Below are positions 54,187 to 64,000 of a DNA stretch of 64,000 bases, piece after piece (the first letter of the stretch is position 1; each line of letters begins with the position of its first letter). Origin of the DNA: Eledone cirrhosa (Eukaryota). The notes below the pieces were generated by a model. That model searched no databases. It was not told the DNA's origin and was given only the letters and a program-made list of their open reading frames with translations. Location: assembly GCA_964016885.1 (NCBI GenBank), contig OZ024750.1, positions 21,204,001 to 21,268,000 on the forward strand. The letters run 5' to 3'. A program made the translations under genes and the position numbers.

Positions 54187-57100
54187 ACCCCATAATATAT
54201 AATTATAATATATGTATATGTATATAATATATGTATATAATATATATATATGTATATAATATATATATATGTATATAATATATGTATTTAATATATATAT
54301 ATATGTGTATATATATATATATATATATACATATGCATATTTATACATACATGTATACTCATATAATGTATGGATACATATAAATATATATCAATATGAA
54401 TGTATGTATGTGTATATATATTTACATATATATGTGCGTGCGCTCGCGATTATACGCGCTTCCAGTTTTAGCTTTATGTCCAAGAGCCATGCGCAGTAGA
54501 ACATTTTTAATCTAAACTGTAGTATTCTATAGACCACTTTAAAATAGACATCCCTGCGGGCGAATAGATATTTCATTATATATACTTTTTTTCTTATTCA
54601 TCACCTTCTAGTCAACAATACGATTTGACTTCTGTTTTCTAATAGCTTTTTCCAAAACTTTCCTTAAAATAACAACGGCTTCTTTTTACATATTATAATG
54701 ACTGTTTTTCAAAAACAGCTTAGCGTTACAGAAGAATAATTTCAACTTTAATTAAAATGCCGTGAGATACTTTAGAAATTGTCCAACAACTACGGCGTAC
54801 GTTCTTATTAATAGAACACGCTATTATCCATTATATAAGTCACATATAATACATCCATAATGTTAAATGATTTAACAGCATCGGCATGCATATAAATGAA
54901 GCACGCTGCTTTTCATTTCCGTTTTATGTGAAAAGGGCAGGTCGATTTTTGGAACGTGTCTTGAAATAAGTGATTGTTGTTGATTCGTTAATGCTTACTA
55001 TGAAGAAATACATTCGACATCTTATTAACCACTACCTAGACCATTTCTATGTACTTTGTCCATTGTATTCTTATGTTAGCTAGTTGTGTATGATCTAATA
55101 CGTTTTGCTACTATTTCTAACAGTTTGGGCGACTATATAAAAGCTTCTTCCACTGATACTGGCCGTTCTAATTATCCATTATATGTGACATACATAATTC
55201 CTATATTACATTAAATGATATAACTTTATGTTCATGTATGTTAAAGAACTGATGGTCTTCATTATTGTATGTTCCTCTACACATTTTAGAATGCACTCCA
55301 TTTTACTGCATGCACTTTCTTTTCTTCTGTGACCCTCTCGTATCCCCCTTCACCATCATCATCAGAAATATCTTCCTTGAATTTGTTTTCATTTCCTTCT
55401 CTTCTTCTCTTACTGAAGTTACTGCTCCTGCAAATAATATTTATCTTTCTTTAAATAGTCATTATTTGATATTCAACTTGTCAACAAGTGAATCATTTCC
55501 TGTTAGTGTCCATCAATAGATATCAATCTATATTTGAAACTGTGTGAGGAATTAAATAGATTGTCAAATACTTCAGTCTTGTCTTGCGACAGTTTCACTT
55601 AATGAAATGATTCTCCAGGAGCGTATTCGTCCTAATCTCTCTGATATAAACATTCCCAAGCTGTCAAATATCTATTATCGGTTGAGGTATAACCTAGACA
55701 ACTTTAATATAAACTTTTCATTCTTGTAGAAATAACGAAGCTGACTCATTATATCTGGTAATTATATATTTCATAGCTATTTCGTCGCTTTTAACGAAGA
55801 ACATTCAATTATTCGATCAAGTGAAAGACAGCCTCTAATAAGTAACGTGAAATTGGTAGAGTATTGTGTTGTTCAATCAATTGAACCGATGCATAAGACA
55901 AACATATAGTTGGCATCATAACTCAGTTATAGATCAACTGAATGTCCAATTCAATAATTTAACGTAACTGAGTATTCCACAGATATGTCTACATTTAACC
56001 TACCTAACAATCTAAATTAGCGTGGGGTAGTATATTGCGAAGAAGGACATTTGAATTAAAATTAAAATTCATCCGATTAGCCTCTACACAGTTATATGCC
56101 CAACTTTGTTCTATCAAATGTTAAGCTAAAATAGGTTTGTCCATGGCTGGCTGCATGGTTCGATACGACTGTGACATAACATGGGTAAATATGTTTTTAT
56201 GCAACGATGAACGGACCAATATATTGAGTGGAATGGGATTGACAGAAGTTGTGCAGAAGCTCTTAGTGTTCATATATATTTGTGTGTGTATGGATTTGTG
56301 AAGAATGTAGCATAGGAATTCGACTCACACACACATAAAAATTATCATGATTAATTAATTACTGGATCGATACATTTGATTAAGCACGCGTGAAGACAAA
56401 GCCCCATCATGGCCCGGGCCCAATGAGTGAACCGAGCAGTGACTAGTAAAACGAGAAAGTGTGCCATTAATTTCACCTTCACAAAATCTAACTAAATTAG
56501 TGGCTGCGTAGTTCTATTTGGTAGACAATTTCAGTTTTCCTTTTGTTCACGGAGGAAGGACAATTTCACGCGATGTTTCGTCAACGACAACAGTGGTCAC
56601 CAAACGACACTACTATGGTATATTCGTTCAAACATTAATTGCACAGGTAATTAAAGTTTCTAAAGGAGAGACCCCGTTTCTTCATTAGAAAGATTAGTTC
56701 CCATTTCCTGTATTTTCATCACTTACAAAAGACAACGGAATTATTATTATTAAACAGTTTCTAGACATAAATTAATGTGTACTTTCCTCTGTTGTTGATA
56801 ACAAAGGCAGATTAAAGATAAAACGTGGCAGCATCTTTTCGTCTTTTACCTTCTTAGCTATAGAATCCGGCTAGCAATTAATGTTCTGAATAATTGACAT
56901 TCTTGCTGAATTCTGCCATTGTAGCCGAGATTTATTTGCTTCGAATCAAACAAAGAAGTAACATTTATCCTCCTACTCTGGATAACATAAGCGTATCTAT
57001 GTTTATGACTGTTTGTGTGGATGTTTCCTCGATGTTTAAGAAAATGTACTTGGACATCAATAGAACTTTTATAATTGCACTAACAAGGTGAGAGAAATAT

Positions 57101-57320
57101 TTCTTTTATCCAAAATACATTACATTTATATTTGAATTTTCTGAGTATTTCAGAAAGAGTCACTATCATAGCATATAACAGGAGAAACAAATGCATCGAC
57201 CCACCAGCTACTGTACCCTATTTCTGTCTGTCTAACTGTCTGTCTGTTTCTTTTTCTCTGTCTCTCTCTTTTTCCTTTTCTCTGACTCAATATATATTTG
57301 TCTCTCAATTTCTCTCTCGA

Positions 57321-57463
<143 letters not shown>

Positions 57464-59454
57464 TTGTTTCTCCATAACTCTCACTACCCCTGACCCTCTA
57501 TTTCTTGATATTTATCATATTTTCTCTATCACTAAGTATATTTCTATCATGAGTTTAGTAATGTGTAACGATAATCAACACGTATCTCATTAACGGAATT
57601 GCCAGAAGACAAAGAACCAGTTTTTGGTCTTGCTTATCTGAATAAATTCGCGCGCACTGAAATACCAATGAATGTAACAAATATTTTGTATCAAAAAGAA
57701 AAGGGCATTAACAGAAATCAAATCCGGTGCCTTTTGAATTCATGATTCTGTGATGAAATTCATATAAAAATATATTGCATTTTCTTATGATTTTTTTCAC
57801 TTGTAGTCCGTCATTTCATTCCGATATTGTTTTATTTACGTAGGATAACTGTGGAAAAAGTACTGAAAGTGAATTCACATGGAAGGAAACTCAGTTGGAA
57901 AAGCAGAGATTTTTAGATCAAACCTTTGTCACAATGTTCCCTCTATGAAACTCATAGCTTATGAGGTAAGTTTCAATAACTCATTTTATTGTTATTACAT
58001 GGAAAAGTATCTTATATTGTTTGTCTCTAACCCTATTTAACCCATTTGATTAAACTCGCTTAAAACACGCCCTAGGTTTATGTTACATATCTGGCCTTTT
58101 GAAATTTTTCATATTGAAATTCAAATCTTCCATATCTTTTAAGTTCCTGATGTTAGTAATATTCCAAACATCAAATCAAGAATCAAAGTGCTATTCTTCG
58201 GTACTAAATTCCTCCAACATATCCATTACTTTCAAAATTAATTGACATACTTAGCCCGTGTATTTATTGAAATTTGTAACTTCCTCCCAAGTTCTAGAAA
58301 TTATGTAGTTTAAAAAAATTGATACCGTCTATCATCACCTTTTGTTTAAATTCCTGAGCTGACCTGGCTCTTAGGATTTGTATAAAGTCCTTTATAGTAA
58401 ACATAATGAAACACCTGTGCTAGAAGAAAAGCATACATTCAGAGTAAATATTCATTAGATCAGCAAAGCTTAACAATGGCAATGTCTCTCCGAGGGAGAT
58501 GAGTATTTCAACATCGTAGTTGGACATTTAATGTTGCCAATAGGGAAATTGCTTTTTGTACAAATTTTGAAAACTTTAATTTCCTTCGTGTAGAAGTTAA
58601 GAATCTTGAATTGATACAAGGCTGTTAATATATTACACTAAATTCTTTTATATCACAAACTATATCTTTTATCGTAACAATTAGTGTGGGAATATCAAAT
58701 TTATGTAATACTTAAATTGTTTCGGCAATTAATAATACAGATGACAATAACATAATATTTGAGGAATCCTAGATGAAGATATCTTTTATTTTTTAAATTT
58801 ACGTTAATAAATCATCTGAAAGGACCTACATTATTATAATTTCATTTGTCACGTTGACAAACCATAACGAAAGGGCATCGACTATTCAAACGTAACTCTG
58901 CTATAATGTGTAATCAGACACACATACGCACATAGATATATGCACACATAAATACATACACACATGCATACACACAAACACATATGCATACACACATACA
59001 TACATACACACACATACATGCATACATACATACATACACACATACATACACACATACATATATATATGCATACAATTTAAATTCGTCAATAATTCGTGCT
59101 CCAGTTATTCGATCAACAGAACGGCTTGATTATGAAATTAACGTGCAAATGAATTATCATTCCACAGACACGTGTACACTTAGCATCATTCTCAAGTCGA
59201 TTCAGCATAACGCAGTGCGTAACAACGCTGGGCATTTGAATTAAATCCCCTAGTTAGCCCAGAGCTCATATATGATCACATGTATTCTGGCTATCAAAAT
59301 CCCATGTTTGTCTATCATCGACTAAACTGTTAAATGTGTCACTTTCTTTCATTGGTGTGCCATTTTAGGAAGAGTTGGCTGACAATCTATGCAGGTTGAT
59401 CCACTACTTAGATGACTTATCATTGATTCAGGTATTATGTTATTAAGGGCTTGT

Positions 59455-59640
59455 ATTGACAGTATCGTTAGAGGGTTGGACGCTATGCTTTGTAGCATAG
59501 AGTTAGTCCATTTACGCTCTGAGTTCAAATCCCGCCGGGGTTAACTTTGCTTTTCATCCTTAAGGGGAGATCGATACAATAAAGTACCAGCAATGCACTG
59601 TGAAAATTGCTGGCCTCGTGCCAAAAGTAGAAACAGTTAT
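59455..59640 (+). mobile_element. Family A SINE
   Basis: Degenerate A box, GAGTTCAAATCC B box, Nin/Deu-type motif and tail. Confidence 0.85.
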
Positions 59641-60279
59641 GTTATTTACATTATGACGCGGTTGCGAGTCAAATAGAACACTTGAAAATATATTTATTAA
59701 CATAGTTATAATAATAACAGTTGTGAATATGATGATGATGATGATGATCGTGTCAAGGAGGATGATGGTGGTAATGATGATCATGATAATAAGAACAGAA
59801 TTTCATTCATGACAAACAAATTATACATTCGTATTAAAAAATAAATACAAGATACGTAAATATTAGTTTAGGTGAAAATTGCAACGGAGATGAATCTAGA
59901 AGCATCACAGGAAATTAATACAGCAACATACAGTAATAATTCAGAGAAAAAAATAGCCCAAAACAGAATCGATTCATTTTCAAAATATATTCAGACTTCA
60001 TATAGACGTATATACTATTAAAAACAACTCAAATAACGTCAATATTATCTTAATAATTTCTCTAATCCTTTTAGTGAGTGCTTTCCTCAACTTTATTAAT
60101 CCGTAAACATATATCTCGATATAATCCTCCTTTTCTTAAATAATCAAAAATTATATATATATATTCTTTTTTTTTTTGTGTATGGAAAATATCATTGGCG
60201 AAACAATATCAGATGTTGCTTATGTTGGTGTATGAATAATAAATTAAAATACGCCATTATTGATTTAATGATTAAATAT

Positions 60280-60391
60280 ATAATTGTTTCTACTGTTGGC
60301 ACAAGGCCAGCAAATATCTACCAGTGTATTACTGGTACTTTATTTTATCGACCCCATAAGGATGAAAGGCAAAGTTAACCTCGGCGGGATT
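60280..60391 (-). mobile_element. 5'-truncated family A SINE with a 17-bp TSD
   Basis: ATGATTAAATATATAAT at 60268-60284 and 60392-60408. Confidence 0.9.
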
Positions 60392-60675
60392 ATGATTAAA
60401 TATATAATGTTTTATTATTATCATTGAATATCATCATTACAATTTCACCGTACAGTGGTGAGTGGTCTGGGTTTGGGGTGACAAAGAACACAGTTTGCGA
60501 TTTACTTTCGGTTAGCAAGGGGTGCAAAATCCCTATCATAGATACAGGCACCTTTGATGACTTTAGAAGTTCCCGTTTTACAGCTTTGAGGATAATTTTA
60601 ACTGGACATGAGATGTCTTGAGTTATTTCAGAGAAGCCATACATTTTAATTGCAAGTGTAAACGTTATCAAATGC

Positions 60676-60862
60676 TAATTGTTTCTACTTTTGGCACAAG
60701 GCCAACAATTACTCAGTACATTACTGGTACGTTATTTTATCGACCTCGTAAAGATGAAAGGCAAAGTTAACCTCAACGGGATTTGAAGTCAGACCGTAAA
60801 GGGACGTAACTATTCTAGAAAGCATGTCGTCCAACCCTCTACCAATACTGCCAATTCACCGT
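60676..60862 (-). mobile_element. Family A SINE, full length
   Basis: Tail to head visible; flanking duplication ACGTTATCAAATG(C/A)TAAT. Confidence 0.88.
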
Positions 60863-62269
60863 CAATTCACGTTATCAAATGATAATATCACTTAGTCTGT
60901 GTTTAGAAGACAGGAACTATGACTGTTTTCGGCTTCTATGAGACTGCTGAGGCGGAGGTAGTAAGATAGCATCAGATTAGCCACCTTGTTCGAATGCCTG
61001 CAACAGAGTAGGATCCGTTAATATCAAACAAGGTTCTAATGAATGTAATGAAATCAGTGACGTATTAAGTTTACTACACAAGAATTAAGTCTACTATTAA
61101 GCGTATGAATAAAAAAACATTTTCTGTAGTTTATTTAATACATTATTAGAACTGCTTATATAATATTACATAGACGAAGAGTATCATTATTTGTTAAACG
61201 TATCAATATATAATGATTTTAAGAGACATCACCAACATTTTTTAATGGCATCATTTATCCTGACACATGTAACTTCCACATAACCATATGTAACTTCGTT
61301 GTTTTCATACGGCAAGATGATGTGAGATGAGGGAGATCTGGCAGCTCTTTCTCACTGTTGAAACGCCTGTTTGTTTGCCTACTGTTTATATCTCCTGAAA
61401 ATCGTAGTTACGAAATAATTCATAAGAAACCCGTTAATACCTTCCAAAACTTATTATAGGGCAGGTCTTATCTTAACGTAATTTTAATTCTCTGAGCATG
61501 CCTTAATTGTTACTAGCATGTCTCAGATGATATTGTAAAACGCACGAATGCTTCAACGTTCACATATATCTGTTAGTTGCTCGTTATGGTAAACTTTGAC
61601 TGATAGACGTCGTCGATGACGATTTAGTACCTCATGTCCTATTTTCTGTAAGGTGCTTAAATATTTAGATACCTAAATATTGACGAGTAGACACAGATAT
61701 CCACTGTATTCTGCCGTACTAGATCAACGTGAACAGCCAGGATGGGAAACCTAAAAAGGGAGGGCAGTGTACACCAGCATTGTGTTGGTACGTTTTATGG
61801 TCCTTGAAATAATTAAATAGCAAACTTATACTTGATTACATTTGAACTCCGAGAGCACAATACCAGAGCAAATATCGCAACTCATTTTAATTGACTCTGC
61901 TAATAGACCGCCCGTCACTTACCCGTCTTTTTCCCCATAATCCACAAATAATTCAATTTCCATTGTTCATATATAAAAATGTATTCAAGTAGAAAATAAC
62001 AAACAGAATATATTTTTTAATGTAGGATATCTTTTTCCTTTCAATTTTATTTGAAAACAAAAGAGTGCAACGATGTTGTTTTCTATAGAACATAAATATA
62101 AGAATAACAAAATACTGGTCTGTCTCAATCTCGTGGGATTGTTGCTAGGGATTACAGTACTGTCATTCAATTTTATATTTTAATCTCAAATTAGAAACTG
62201 TAATTTCTTTGGGCAATAGAGACAACATTAAGGATTAAAGTTACAGCTGTCGTTGTTGTTACTTAGCTT

Positions 62270-62560
62270 CGGGTCAACTGTTATCTCGAAGTTATATTAT
62301 CAATGGTATTCCTGCCGTGACCATCTCGTATTTAACATTTCCAAACATAGCCTCGTATCAGCTCTAAACTTGATTTATTATCAACGGCATTCCAAACGCA
62401 ACAGTCTCATATTTTACATTTTCAAACATAGTGTATCTAGGCTTATACTGAATCAAGGCTAAACTTGAAGATATAAAAGCAACGGCATTATACATCGCAA
62501 ATTTTATTTTTTCAAACATCGTGTAGTAAAGCGTAGCATCAACTTGAATACATTTATCAA
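62270..62560 (+). repeat. Three degenerate ~85-90 bp tandem units of a dispersed repeat
   Basis: TCAA.GG.ATT and TT.CAAACAT.G each recur three times. Related decayed pieces lie near 18370, 26370, 55640 and 59270. Confidence 0.5.
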
Positions 62561-63783
62561 ATGACTATGTAGATATCAATCCATTGACATTGTAAGGAGT
62601 TGATACAGATGTGGGTTGGTAATTGCAGCTAGATAAATAATTAGGATGACTCGGTATTGAAATACGTAAGCATGTATGAGTGTAAGGCACTGAAGTAAAT
62701 GTAGCAAGAGAGCAGATAATAGGAATGCTATACAGGTGGATAGTAAGCGAGATTGAGGGAGAGGTAGACTTTCAGTTAAACATAGCGATTAAAACAGAGA
62801 AAATGATATTTAGAGTGACTGAATGAACCATGGAAGTAAATATAGTGAAAGTAAGAGCAATAATATAATGGACCAGCGATAATTGGCTTCAGCGAAAAAA
62901 TAATTCCTTTCGGGGAATAAAAAATGGATATAATAGAAGTAAATGTTATTTATCTTTCTCGGCAAATGCACTATATAAGAATAAGACGAGAAATTAGTTT
63001 TGTGACAGCTATGGCTTCCAAACGTCATTATTTTACCAGTGTTTATGAAGTTAAATTGTCACAAAACGTGAAGCCACGTCGATATATAAAATTTAGAGAA
63101 GTCCAGCTTCTGTTGTATACACTTTAGAAAATAAAGTGTCACTTCTTCTTGTTTGCTTTTGTTTCCTTTTGTTTTAAGAAAGCAGAAATAAGAAATGAGA
63201 GAATATAATATAGAAGCTCCCATGTGCATATTGTAGAGTGGAATTGCGTTAAGTGAGAATAAAGATCGAAATGCATTCTTGACATGCCATATGTCTAACA
63301 TCTCCCTGTAAAAAGAATGGACACCATTTGTATTATATTTTTAATAAAATATTCAATGAAGCTCAGAGGAGTGGACGTGGATCAACAGATATTAAAACAA
63401 AAACATAAAACAATGTTTAAGATAAGCTTCGTAAGAAAATACATTTATGTTTCTATAGAGAAAATGTTTTGACAAATAACATTAGCTAAAATGTATTGCA
63501 ATAAATATCTAACATATTCTTTAACTGACAATTCACTTGTCATACATGTTACCAAGAAATAACTCTTTATTTTTTCAAGATATTTCTTTTTCTGCGTATA
63601 CATGAGATATTCTCGGTTCAATTCCCTTCATGTGTCCTGATCAGGGGTCATTCCGTCTTCAAGCATACTTGAACCGATTTATTCAACCATTATATAAACT
63701 TAAGAAATATTATTATATTAATCTGAATAGTGGCATTTATTTTCTAATTTCAAAATTCCCAACACGTCGTCACATAACAGAAT

Positions 63784-63836
<53 letters not shown>

Positions 63837-64000
63837 TATATATACATATATATATATATATGTCTCTGTGTGTGTTATTTCAAAACAAGAAAACAAGGAA
63901 GCATTAGGACCAAGCCGAAGCCATTTCTATGATAGTGGGAATTAATTCCCGCAACCGTAGAAACGTTTCATTCTTGACCCAGGGCTTACAAGATGAGAAA

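Larger units (their letters stand above)
50255..54503. mobile_element. 4.25-kb block bounded by ~180-bp terminal inverted repeats (foldback/MITE-like)
   Basis: TGTTCTACTGCGCATGGCTCTTGGACAT.AAGCTAAAACTGGAAGCGCGTATAATCGCGA... at 50255-50440 is mirrored at about 54330-54503. No clear TSD. Confidence 0.75.

Noticed and set aside
60396-60671. 91-aa minus-strand ORF between two SINEs
   Set aside because: No recognisable motif or convincing splice signals, and the length is within chance expectation.

Overview
This is AT-rich eukaryotic non-coding DNA (intergenic or deep intronic) with one 200-N gap at 42053-42252. I cannot support any intact protein-coding gene: almost every ORF in the track is a translation of (TA)n, (CA)n or (CT)n microsatellite or of a SINE. 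The microsatellite density and the SINE families look like an octopod cephalopod genome; this is inferred from pattern recognition, not from a search. The window contains about 25 copies of a tRNA-headed SINE with a Nin/Deu-type central domain (family A), several TA-embedded copies of a second tRNA-headed SINE (family B) and decayed non-LTR retrotransposon fragments (R4/Dong-like endonuclease end, two RTE-group C-termini, two RTE-like 5' UTRs). It also has kilobase TA-derived satellites and a 4.25-kb block bounded by ~180-bp inverted repeats. The most notable signal is a set of short, mutually unrelated elements inside microsatellites, most with one long arm and one shorter inverted arm. Three of these families carry recognisable hammerhead-ribozyme cores (9749-9793 and 9923-9967; 30874-30969; 49341-49417), consistent with non-autonomous Penelope-like or retrozyme-like elements. 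Coordinates were read by eye and ends may be off by several bases.
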